From: Pseudomonadota bacterium
Lineage (GTDB): Bacteria > Pseudomonadota > Alphaproteobacteria > Caulobacterales > Hyphomonadaceae
Assembly (NCBI GenBank): GCA_038532145.1
Contig: JBCBBC010000005.1
Location: forward strand, 17,731-81,730
Direction of reading: 5' to 3'
Length of the DNA stretch: 64,000 nucleotides
This document shows positions 40,278 to 49,172 of this stretch, piece after piece. The stretch's first letter is position 1; the number at the start of each line of letters is the position of its first letter. Below the pieces are notes generated by a model. It made no database searches, was not told the origin of the DNA, and worked only from the letters and a program-made list of their open reading frames with translations. Both the position numbers and the translations under genes were made by a program.

Positions 40278-43200
40278 TCACGGCTCGCCGAGGACACCTG
40301 CGGAAAGATCGATCCCTCCGCCTCTGTCAGCAAGGTCCGGCGGGATCGGGATGGGCGCGATCACGAACGGAGACTTGCCGTCAACTTTGATTTCCTGGAC
40401 GACGGGGCGTCCTGAAATCGTGGTCTTGAGTGTATAAGTGCCAGGGTCGACGCTTTCGAACCCGTATTGGCCAAACGATGCCGAATGAATAGTCAGCGTT
40501 TCGCCGCCCTCTTTCGGGCTCAAGCTGACCCATTGGCCTTCGAGGCGCTTTTCACCTCGATCGGCCTGGCCATTGGCATTGTCGTCGATGAAGATTGCCC
40601 CACGCACCTGCCCGGACAGGATCAACGGAATATCCACATCAGAGCGTCGACCGCTGCCAATCGTGACCCGCGGCTGGGCATTTTCTGGCACCAGATATCC
40701 CAATGGCAGGCTCTGCCGACTGACCGTTACCGCATACAGGCCCTGCCGCACATTCTGGATGGTGAAATAGCCATTGTTTCCGGTATTCAGACCGATCCTG
40801 GTACCCGCCAGCAAAACGCGTACGCCCGGAATGCCGGGTTCATCCTCTTGTCTCACTCCGTCGCGATTGCGGTCCAGAAAGACGCGTCCATTCAGAACTC
40901 CGCGCCCGTCATCCGGCAGTCGGCTGGCGCGTGGCGGGTTGAAGCGCGTGGTCCCGCGCAGACCAACAGACAGGTCCGAACGGCCGCCAAAATCATCCGT
41001 ATAGATGGCCGTCAGCACCGCATTCTTGGCGACGCGATAACGCGCCTCCAGCGCACCCAGGAATCGCGTGCTGGCAGCATTTTCATTACTGGCCGCAAAG
41101 TCTGAAAAGGCCGAGAAACGTGCCTGAAGGTCAAACTTTGATCCAAAGACAGAGCCGGAATGTGCCACCGCCGATGCGCCCAGATTGATCCGTGTCTTGT
41201 CGCCATCCCAGTTCAAATTGAGATTGGGCGCGGCTTGTAGCGTAACGCCTTTTTCAAAACTCCGTCGGAACGGATTCACCTGGGCAGTGGCCACGAATTG
41301 CCGCACTGTTTCCTGCGAGTCCGAGACCGTGTGATTGTAAGATGCGGTCAAGGTACCAAGCTCGAATCTTTGAAAACCGCGGATGCGAGCAGATGTACTG
41401 GACATGTCGCGACCGGCGCCGGACTCTTCGGTTTGCTGAATAATGGCAGAAACGGTCGGACCGGCTTCGCCGATCTGCGTATTTACAGCCGTGCTGTAGC
41501 TGATCGTGGTCTGGTCAGCGTCGCCGCCTTGATGTCGCACCGTGGCGCGAGCACTGACGCCGAACCGGTTCAAAGCACCGATCGGTTGATCCGACCGCCA
41601 ATTGGCCGCTGCAGATAGATTGGTCCGCGCCCCGTTCCTTTGATCGAACACGCCGGCAAAACTCGGACGGTCCGCGCCGGCGGCAAATTTAGCGCCCTCA
41701 TAGCTGGCATAGCCGGACACACCGGTTTGTGGGTTGATCGCATAGCTTACGGAGCCACGTGCACGTAAATCCGCGCCGCTTGCCTCACCAGAGAAAGCGC
41801 CCAGATCGGCAGCAACGAAGGCCGATTGCAAGCCTTCCTCGCGATGGTCGAAGTGAAAGGCCCGCTGTCCGTTCGCGACGATCGAGGTGTTCGCACCATC
41901 TTCAGAAATGGCTGCCGCGAGCCCGACATCCTGAAGCTGGTCTTCATCAATGATTCGAGCTCCGGCCGCGAAACCGCCAAAAGCCGGTACAGCGACCGTA
42001 TCACTATCAATCACGGACCCGGTCAGCGGTACGCCTGCCGCGATGGCGAGAATGTCCCCGTTCTGTCTCTGCTTGCGCCATGCGGCGCCGCGAATACGGT
42101 TAGCGCCGACGCCAGATAATTCCCGATAATTGGCGCCATAATCCCCAAGCGTCGCCTGCCAGCCATCCATGGATATCACGTCCAGCGAGGCCCATCCCGG
42201 CTGAGTCGAGGCAAAGTTCTCGATCCCGCCCGCGCTCTCCAGCTGACCCCGGAAATTATACTTGCCAACATAGCCACGCGTTTCGGTCCGCAGCGGTCCG
42301 CGATCGCTTACTTCATAGGTCAGAGTTTCGATCGTAAGCGGGGTGTCTCTGGCCTCATCGGCCAGATCCGCACCCGGCAAAACAGTGCTGTTCAGTCGCG
42401 AGTCCAGCGTGACTTCGACCCGGTTGGTCATGGGGACGAGTTTTACATGTGTGCCGGTCAGGCTCTCAACCGCGCCAAACGGCAAGACAAGGTCATCCCG
42501 CTCAGCCAGTTCCATGTCTGGCGCGACGCCGCGCGGAGTCGTGTTCACGGAGACAAGTCCCGTCGCCAATTCGAGATTGATCGTCGCCTGATCCTGCTGC
42601 CGACGAACTGTGACGGTGCCGTTCGCGACCGTCAGCTCATGACCCAGTTCTTCGACGATCGGCCGCAATGGGACCAACAAGACCGGTCCGATGGTGCGCG
42701 CTTCGTTTCCAAACGTATCGACCGGGACACCGTTGACCCAAAGCTCCAATCCGAATTTCGGCTTCAACTGACGGTCAAGGGTCAGCACAATTCGCCCCTG
42801 CGCGTCTTCGGAGGCGTGCGTTCCAGTCATGATCGTGACAGCATTCAACCCAATCCATGGGTCAGCCGTATCGCGGGGTTCGAAATCTGGAAGTTTGCCC
42901 AGAACTGTTTTGTTAGAACGGACTTTGCCGTCTGTCATGTTGATTGACATCAGGCTGCCGTCTTGGCGACGATGATATCCGAGCAAGGTGTCATGCAGCT
43001 CGACCCGGCTTTGCAAAGGATCCGCAATATCGGTGAGATTGTAGCGAACAGCACCGTTTTCGGGTGTGAGAGATCGCACAGAGGTCAGCTGACTTTCGAT
43101 CACCATGTCGACAAATTCGACGCCGTTCGCCTTCTCCGGCGCGACTTCCAGAAGCACGGGTTCAGCCGTTTCGACAAGTTCCGTTGGGGGTGGCGGCGCA

Positions 43201-43280
43201 ACCGTTTGCGCTTCGCCTACCGCAACGATGCCGAACACTGCGATCCATGTCGCAAAGATGAGGTCCCGAAGATAACGCAT
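40278..43280 (-). CDS. Large exported mosaic protein: stalk-like N-domain, Gly/Ala/Ser-rich beta-rich core, two C-terminal SdrD-B/Cna-B-like domains
   Basis: 1000 aa. The N-terminal signal/anchor is MRYLRDLIFATWIAVFGIVAVGEAQ. One segment resembles the copper-amine-oxidase-N-like domain (LLVPLRPIVEELGHELTVANGTVTV). The C-terminus holds two repeats of the SdrD-B pattern (GRVFLDRNRDGVRQEDEPGIPGVRVLL...GYFTIQNVRQGLYAV and GAIFIDDNANGQADRGE...GQYGFESVDPGTYTL). Confidence 0.7.
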   Translation of the reverse strand: MRYLRDLIFATWIAVFGIVAVGEAQTVAPPPPTELVETAEPVLLEVAPEKANGVEFVDMVIESQLTSVRSLTPENGAVRYNLTDIADPLQSRVELHDTLLGYHRRQDGSLMSINMTDGKVRSNKTVLGKLPDFEPRDTADPWIGLNAVTIMTGTHASEDAQGRIVLTLDRQLKPKFGLELWVNGVPVDTFGNEARTIGPVLLVPLRPIVEELGHELTVANGTVTVRRQQDQATINLELATGLVSVNTTPRGVAPDMELAERDDLVLPFGAVESLTGTHVKLVPMTNRVEVTLDSRLNSTVLPGADLADEARDTPLTIETLTYEVSDRGPLRTETRGYVGKYNFRGQLESAGGIENFASTQPGWASLDVISMDGWQATLGDYGANYRELSGVGANRIRGAAWRKQRQNGDILAIAAGVPLTGSVIDSDTVAVPAFGGFAAGARIIDEDQLQDVGLAAAISEDGANTSIVANGQRAFHFDHREEGLQSAFVAADLGAFSGEASGADLRARGSVSYAINPQTGVSGYASYEGAKFAAGADRPSFAGVFDQRNGARTNLSAAANWRSDQPIGALNRFGVSARATVRHQGGDADQTTISYSTAVNTQIGEAGPTVSAIIQQTEESGAGRDMSSTSARIRGFQRFELGTLTASYNHTVSDSQETVRQFVATAQVNPFRRSFEKGVTLQAAPNLNLNWDGDKTRINLGASAVAHSGSVFGSKFDLQARFSAFSDFAASNENAASTRFLGALEARYRVAKNAVLTAIYTDDFGGRSDLSVGLRGTTRFNPPRASRLPDDGRGVLNGRVFLDRNRDGVRQEDEPGIPGVRVLLAGTRIGLNTGNNGYFTIQNVRQGLYAVTVSRQSLPLGYLVPENAQPRVTIGSGRRSDVDIPLILSGQVRGAIFIDDNANGQADRGEKRLEGQWVSLSPKEGGETLTIHSASFGQYGFESVDPGTYTLKTTISGRPVVQEIKVDGKSPFVIAPIPIPPDLADRGGGIDLSAGVLGEP

Positions 43281-43302
43281 TTTGGCCCGCCGGGCCGCCC
43301 AA

Positions 43303-43722
43303 TCAGTCGCTGCAGACCGTCTGGGTTGCGATCAGTTCGGCGCAAATGCCACCAGCGCGACACTCGCGATTGATTTGAGCGTCAAATTGCTGAACACCGC
43401 CCCGTCCATTTGACAGAACGGTGATACTCGGAGCTGCATCGCGCGTTTCCAGCTCAAACCGCTGATCCAGCGTCGCCAGACCGCGACCAATCGAGACCAG
43501 CTCAACGGTGTGGGAAGTCCACACCGAACCAGATTGCGTCGCGGGTTCGAGGGATTTCAGACATGGTCCAGTCATCCAGACCCGCCCGGTATCCTCATCC
43601 AGCAAAAAGCCGCTTTTATTGTCAGAAAGCCCGATCCAAACATCGGAGTCTTGCGAGCTGGCATACGCCATACCCGTTTGAGCCACCGCCAAAGCGGTCA
43701 GCCCAGTCATCGCCCATCTCAT
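43303..43722 (-). CDS. Hypothetical secreted protein, apparent operon partner of the 1000-aa gene
   Basis: 139 aa with signal peptide MRWAMTGLTALAVAQTGMAYA and 4 Cys in the mature part. It ends 22 nt upstream of the next gene. Confidence 0.55.
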   Translation of the reverse strand: MRWAMTGLTALAVAQTGMAYASSQDSDVWIGLSDNKSGFLLDEDTGRVWMTGPCLKSLEPATQSGSVWTSHTVELVSIGRGLATLDQRFELETRDAAPSITVLSNGRGGVQQFDAQINRECRAGGICAELIATQTVCSD

Positions 43723-43916
43723 TTTTAACCACCATCGGTATTTTTTGTTATGGGTGAAGCCTAGCCAATTATGGTTAATATCCCCCTTAGGACGCTGCGT
43801 TCACGAACGGTTCGCCAGCCAAGCCGGAATGCGGCATGAGGCAAGATTACCAGTTGCACCACTGGAAATTTCTGGCATTGTTACGTTGGAGACAAGCACT
43901 AAAGGACCGATTTTTA

Positions 43917-44450
43917 ATGACTTTTTTAAAAGCAAGCATGGCTGCGCTGAGCGCTGGCCTTGTTTTGGCTGCCTGCGGTGGAAGCACACCAGATTCGTCT
44001 GAAAATACTACAAATAATCAAAACACTACAGACGCATCTTCAGAAGCCCCAGCCCCAGCACCTACGCCCGCACCGGTGGAGACAGAAGCGTCTGAAGCGT
44101 TCGCGGCGTTGCCGGAACCATACAAAAGCGCGGATTACAATCGCGGTCGCCGCACGTTCAAGCTTTGCCAATCTTGCCACACTCTGAATGAGGGTGGCCA
44201 GAACCTGGTCGGACCCAACCTCTATGGCGTGTTTGGCCGCCAAATTGGCGGCGTCGAGGGCTTTACCTATTCAAAAGCGGTTCAGGATTCTGACATTATC
44301 TGGACCCCTGAAATCCTCGCAGAATGGCTCGAAAGCCCGCGCAATTTCTTGCCTGGCAACAAGATGAGCTTCGCCGGCGTACGCAAACCTGACGATCGAA
44401 CCGCCGTTATCGCCTATATCATGGCGGAAACCGGCTATTCAGGCGAGTAA
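43917..44450 (+). CDS. Lipoprotein/membrane-tethered class I cytochrome c
   Basis: I chose the start at MTFLKASMAALSAGLVLAAC (lipobox LAAC). A low-complexity linker follows, then the heme motif CQSCH and the distal Met region (PGNKMSFAG). Confidence 0.8.
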   Translation: MTFLKASMAALSAGLVLAACGGSTPDSSENTTNNQNTTDASSEAPAPAPTPAPVETEASEAFAALPEPYKSADYNRGRRTFKLCQSCHTLNEGGQNLVGPNLYGVFGRQIGGVEGFTYSKAVQDSDIIWTPEILAEWLESPRNFLPGNKMSFAGVRKPDDRTAVIAYIMAETGYSGE

Positions 44451-46805
44451 GCTCGCCGCGGCGTCTAGAATGGCATCCGCATCCAGACGGTAGGCCGCAT
44501 ACAGGTCCTGCAAGTCGCCCGTCTGTCCGAATCGCTCGGTTCCGAGCGGGCGGACGCGCTGTCCATTGACCGCGCCGAGCCAGGACAGGGTGGACGGTGC
44601 GCCATCAATCACGGTCACAAGCCCAGCACCGGGCTTGAGCGGACGTAAAAGGCGCTGAACATGGCTGTCCGGTCCGCGTTCCCCGGTCCAGGGCGCGCGG
44701 GTTGCCGCCATCCAGTCTGTATGCAGGACATCGGGAGACGTAATAGCCAGCAATCCTGCCCCCGGAACGTCTTCCAATAGCTGCTCAAACGCTGAGAGGG
44801 CTTCCGGTGCCACTGCGCCTGTATAAGCCACCGCGATTTCGGACTCTGGCGCAGGCTCTCTCAACCAATAAGCGCCATTTAGGATATCCGATGCCAGGGC
44901 GTCGGACATATCGCGATCGATTTGCGCCATTATTCGGGTCGAAAGCCGCAAATAGGACGACCCGCCCTGCTCGCGCTCTATCGCCGCAAATGCCTCTCGC
45001 AGTATGACCCGAACTTCATCCGCATAAGCGGGCTCCCAATAGGTGAGCCCCGGCTGCCCCATGCCAATCAAGGGGGATGAAATGGACTGGTGAGCGCCCC
45101 CCTCCGGTCCAAGCGTCAGCCCTGATGGAGTTGCCACGAGAATGAAACGGGCGTCCTGATAGCAGGCATAGTTGAGCGCATCGAGGCCGCGGGCAATGAA
45201 TGGGTCATAGACTGTGCCGACAGGGAAGATGCGCTGATCAAACAGATCCTTCGACAAGCCGAGCGCGCCGAGCATGAGGAACAGATTATTCTCGGCAATA
45301 CCAAGTTCGATATGTTGCCCTTTTGGCGAATGCGCCCAGATTTGCGGACTGGCAATCTTTCGCTTGCGGAAAACATCCTCGCTGGCCGAGCGTGAGAAAA
45401 GGCCCTTGCGATTGACGAACCCGCCGAGATTGGTCGAGACGGTGACGTCTGGCGAGGTGGTGACTATGCGAGAAACGAAGTCGGTCTCTTCGCGCGCCAG
45501 ATCATTGAGGATTTTGCCAAACGCAACCTGAGTGGAGGTTTTCCCGTGGCCCGGATCCGGCATCTCGGTCAGGGCCGGCACGCGAACAGATGGCGGCGAG
45601 CGAGACTCTTTCTCGGCGTCTCGCCAGGGCGCCGTTTCCAGGACGCTTCGCGCCTCCGCCGTGCGGGCTTTGGACAGGCCGGCAAATTTTTCCCATTCCT
45701 GGCCTTCCGGAATGTTCAGCTTGTCGCGCAACTCACCGACCTGCGTTGGGGTCATCAGGCCTGCATGGTTGTCCTTGTGACCCTGGAAGGGCAGACGTCG
45801 CCCCTTGGTCGTGTAGGCAATGATCAGTTTCGGCGTTTCAGACGCCGCCGCCGTCCCGAACGCGTCGAGCAGGGTCACCAGGCAATGCCCGCCCAGTTCG
45901 GTCATCAGATTACCCAGGGTCTCATCATCATAGGACGCGATGAGCTCGAGAGTTTTGGGCGACCGTGCCAAATCCTTCGACAAACGACGCCGCCAGGCTT
46001 CGCCGCCCTGATAGGTTAGCGCCGCATAGAGGTCATTCGGACAATCATCGATCCATTTGCGCAGCCGCGCCCCGCCCGGCTTCTTGAACGCTGCCCGTTG
46101 GCGCGCGCCATACTTCAAGGTCAGCACATCCCAGCCAGCCGTTTCAAACATATCGTCGAACCGGTCGAACATTTTTTCTGACGTGGTCGCATCGAGGCTT
46201 TGACGATTGTAATCGACAATCCACCAGCTGTTTCGAATATCGTGCTTATAGGCTTCGATCAGGGCTTCGTAGATATTGCCCTCATCCAGCTCGGCATCGC
46301 CGAGGAGCGAAATGAACCGTCCGGCCTGATCCGGCGCAATGTCGCCGCGCGCCATCCACATATCCTGAACAAGTGAGGCAAACGCGGTGATCGCAACGCC
46401 AAGTCCGACAGAGCCCGTCGAAAAATCGACCCGGATATCGTCCTTGGTGCGCGAGGGATAGGATTGCATGCCGCCAAAAGCGCGAAACTGTTCCATCTGC
46501 TCCCGCGACTGACGATCAAACAGGTATTCGACCGCGTGAAGGACCGGCGATGCATGCGGCTTCACAGCAACGCGGTCCTCGGGCCTCAAGACATGAAAGT
46601 AGAGCGCCGCCATCAGCGTCGTCATAGACGCGCAGCTGGCCTGATGCCCGCCAACTTTCAGGCCATCGCGGCTGGGCCGAATATGATTGGCATTATGGAT
46701 CGTCCAGCTGGCCAGCCAGAGCAGACGCTCTTCCAGCGCATCCAGGCCCTGAATAAGCTGCGCACGATCGCGCGGTCCGGTGGAAGACGTTTCAGTATCC
46801 GGCAT
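44439..46805 (-). CDS. Thiamine-diphosphate enzyme of the homodimeric 2-oxoacid dehydrogenase E1 (AceE-like)/transketolase-like family
   Basis: 788 aa with a ThDP-binding motif GDAELDEGNIYEA...VDYNRQSLD and transketolase-like Pyr and C-terminal regions. No E2 or E3 gene is nearby. Confidence 0.7.
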   Translation of the reverse strand: MPDTETSSTGPRDRAQLIQGLDALEERLLWLASWTIHNANHIRPSRDGLKVGGHQASCASMTTLMAALYFHVLRPEDRVAVKPHASPVLHAVEYLFDRQSREQMEQFRAFGGMQSYPSRTKDDIRVDFSTGSVGLGVAITAFASLVQDMWMARGDIAPDQAGRFISLLGDAELDEGNIYEALIEAYKHDIRNSWWIVDYNRQSLDATTSEKMFDRFDDMFETAGWDVLTLKYGARQRAAFKKPGGARLRKWIDDCPNDLYAALTYQGGEAWRRRLSKDLARSPKTLELIASYDDETLGNLMTELGGHCLVTLLDAFGTAAASETPKLIIAYTTKGRRLPFQGHKDNHAGLMTPTQVGELRDKLNIPEGQEWEKFAGLSKARTAEARSVLETAPWRDAEKESRSPPSVRVPALTEMPDPGHGKTSTQVAFGKILNDLAREETDFVSRIVTTSPDVTVSTNLGGFVNRKGLFSRSASEDVFRKRKIASPQIWAHSPKGQHIELGIAENNLFLMLGALGLSKDLFDQRIFPVGTVYDPFIARGLDALNYACYQDARFILVATPSGLTLGPEGGAHQSISSPLIGMGQPGLTYWEPAYADEVRVILREAFAAIEREQGGSSYLRLSTRIMAQIDRDMSDALASDILNGAYWLREPAPESEIAVAYTGAVAPEALSAFEQLLEDVPGAGLLAITSPDVLHTDWMAATRAPWTGERGPDSHVQRLLRPLKPGAGLVTVIDGAPSTLSWLGAVNGQRVRPLGTERFGQTGDLQDLYAAYRLDADAILDAAASLLA

Positions 46806-46843
46806 GGTTTGCTTCTAATGCAGCAAACAGCGCAAGAACACCC

Positions 46844-47533
46844 TCAAAACTGTCTCGCTAGCGCAACAAAGATACTTTCTTCTTTAAACCGGCCACCATT
46901 CTCTTTTCGGTAGCCGAACGAAAAATCCGCCGGTTCGGTCCGCCAGAGCAATTCGGTCTGAAACTTGTCGGACGCGGCATTCGTGTCCCCACGCTCGAGC
47001 CAGACCTGCGTGATGGACCAGAAATTGTCAGAGGTTTGCTGACCCAAACCGAACGCATATCGTTCGCGTTGACAGCCCTCGTGAAAACGCCCGGCCATTT
47101 CGCCGAAGAGATATGTAGATCGATTGCGCCAGTCGCCAGACCAGCCAAGGCCGGCACGCACTTCTGTGCCGAGCTCATCGCACCCATTGCGCCCACCAAT
47201 CGCGGCGCCTTGCAACAGGCCTGCTTCCAGAGAGGCTACGACCGGCCCTTTTCTCAAAAGAGAATAACGTACAGTCGATCGCCAGCCATTCGTATTGAAG
47301 TCCGCACCGTCTTCATACTCAACCTGTTCGAGGTTCAAAGTGACGGTCAAGCGCGATGAAAGACCATATTCGGCATAGGCATCGGACCGCCAGCCCGACA
47401 ATGCCTCGACATCTTCTTTCGCCAACGAGACGCGGGAATAAAGCCCCGCATCCTCTTGTACCCAGGGGGCCGCCGCAGCCATTGGCCACGACGCCCCCCA
47501 AGCTAGGATAAGCACCTTCCCCAACATCCTCAA
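46844..47533 (-). CDS. Hypothetical outer-membrane beta-barrel protein
   Basis: 229 aa with a signal peptide, alternating amphipathic strands and a C-terminal aromatic residue (ARQF). Confidence 0.6.
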   Translation of the reverse strand: MRMLGKVLILAWGASWPMAAAAPWVQEDAGLYSRVSLAKEDVEALSGWRSDAYAEYGLSSRLTVTLNLEQVEYEDGADFNTNGWRSTVRYSLLRKGPVVASLEAGLLQGAAIGGRNGCDELGTEVRAGLGWSGDWRNRSTYLFGEMAGRFHEGCQRERYAFGLGQQTSDNFWSITQVWLERGDTNAASDKFQTELLWRTEPADFSFGYRKENGGRFKEESIFVALARQF

Positions 47534-47567
47534 ATATTATTATGTATTCGAGGATATGTATACTTAT

Positions 47568-48083
47568 CTATAGTTGAAAACGAATTTGATCCGTCCAGAA
47601 CCGCTCGAGACGCGAAACCGTCTTGTTGAGCTGGCTCAGATCATCCTGACGAACACTGGCGGTTGGCTCCAGAGCCGTAGCCTGGCGATCAAACAGATCA
47701 ACCACACGCTGGCGGACCTTATGCCCACGCTCTGTCAGTTTCAGATGGACCGTCCGCTTGTCACGCTCAGAACGCGACTGGACCAGATAGCCACCCTCTT
47801 GCAGTTTTTTAACGTTATAAGACAAGCTTGTACCCGCAAATGCGCCACGCGAACGAAGCGTTGAAGCTGGCGTTTCATCTTCGCCAATTTCATAAAGAAG
47901 CAGAGCTTGAACACCGGTCAGGTGACGCTCGCCACCCCGCTCCAGATCGTCCTTTACAACATCGTGGAGACGACGATGCGCCTGCTCCAGAAGCGAAAGA
48001 GACTTTACGAAAGATTCAGCGACGCTCACAGGCTCGCCAGCGGCCTCAGCCGCGCCATAGGACATTGTCATTACCATCACCAC
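47568..48083 (-). CDS. MarR-family transcriptional regulator
   Basis: 171 aa with a winged-HTH pattern (LTGVQALLLYEIGEDETPASTLRSRG...NVKKLQEGGYLVQSRSERDKRTVHLKLTERG). The start is uncertain because there are several N-terminal Met codons. Confidence 0.8.
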   Translation of the reverse strand: MVMVMTMSYGAAEAAGEPVSVAESFVKSLSLLEQAHRRLHDVVKDDLERGGERHLTGVQALLLYEIGEDETPASTLRSRGAFAGTSLSYNVKKLQEGGYLVQSRSERDKRTVHLKLTERGHKVRQRVVDLFDRQATALEPTASVRQDDLSQLNKTVSRLERFWTDQIRFQL

Positions 48084-48263
48084 TCAACTTTTGTTGTAGT
48101 TTGAGTAGAGTTACAGTATCTAACCTTATATTTCGTTAAACACGTCTTGTTTTCACCTTAGTTTGGTTAACAGATCGGGCGAAAGTGTTACTTTTCGCGC
48201 CTAAACACGTAGAAAAGCGCGATTTTCGCGGAAGGTTCGCTTAAAAGTTTGTATGAAAGGTGT

Positions 48264-48686
48264 TTAGCCTCCGAGGGGCGTCCCCCGGGCGGCCCAGGCC
48301 TCGGTTTCGCCATCCGCGACCGCCATCACTGCTTTCCACGCCCCATCAACACGCTGAAGTACATAAGCCGCCTGCCAACTTGCGATCTCCGTTCCCTCTT
48401 CCGTGTACATGATATCAGACACGATCATGGAAGCCGCGTCATTGTGGAGGTACTGGCAGCTCACAAGCCTCCGTTCGACCTGTGCCACAGCTTGCGCCCG
48501 GTAGAAGTTCAGCAGATGGGACGTATTCCCAGTAAAGTGCTCGGTAGATTTAAACGCGAAAGAATGCCCAGCTTGCGTCGTCACGGCCGGAAAGGTCCAA
48601 TGCGCGGAAATCTTCGCCGCGTCATAATCCGCAAAAGCACGGACATAAGACTGGCACCAGGCCGTTAATTCAGCATCAAGACTCAT
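48264..48686 (-). CDS. NTF2-like (SnoaL/DUF4440-like) protein
   Basis: 140 aa with size and pattern typical of an NTF2-like fold. Assignment by eye only. Confidence 0.5.
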   Translation of the reverse strand: MSLDAELTAWCQSYVRAFADYDAAKISAHWTFPAVTTQAGHSFAFKSTEHFTGNTSHLLNFYRAQAVAQVERRLVSCQYLHNDAASMIVSDIMYTEEGTEIASWQAAYVLQRVDGAWKAVMAVADGETEAWAARGTPLGG

Positions 48687-49149
48687 GACGCCCGAAATCC
48701 CGTTTTGTTGGCATCCACGTCCCGGTTACGATGGCGCAGAGTTTTCCAGATTCCATATCCTCAAACCGGCTCTCGATAACGCCCAGGCGGCGAGAGCGAT
48801 TGACGACCTCGCTGACGACCCGGATGACTTGCTCTGCCTTCATCGGACGAAAGAAACGGGTGGTGAATTCGGCTGTAGAATAGGATTCCTCCTCGGTCGC
48901 CGTCGTCCAGAAGGCAAAGCTCTGCCCGGAATCTGCAATCACATTCACCACACCGCCCTGCACGATGCTATCATAGTGGGTCAGATGCGGGCCAATCGTC
49001 CATTCCATTTCGAACCGCCCCGGGCCGACCGCGGTAAACTTCAAACCCGATAGATCCATGCCTCTGACATAGGGGGGCGCCTGAGAAATATCAGGCTCAG
49101 CATCGATCATGGTTTGAATTTGGGCGATTGGATCAACGGTTTGAGGCAT
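48676..49149 (-). CDS. PaaI-family hotdog-fold thioesterase
   Basis: 157 aa with the pattern GGVVNVIADSGQSFA typical of PaaI/YbgC-like thioesterases. Its end overlaps the next gene by 11 nt. Confidence 0.65.
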   Translation of the reverse strand: MPQTVDPIAQIQTMIDAEPDISQAPPYVRGMDLSGLKFTAVGPGRFEMEWTIGPHLTHYDSIVQGGVVNVIADSGQSFAFWTTATEEESYSTAEFTTRFFRPMKAEQVIRVVSEVVNRSRRLGVIESRFEDMESGKLCAIVTGTWMPTKRDFGRHES

Positions 49150-49172
49150 CCCGGTCTCCTCCTGCCAGCAAG

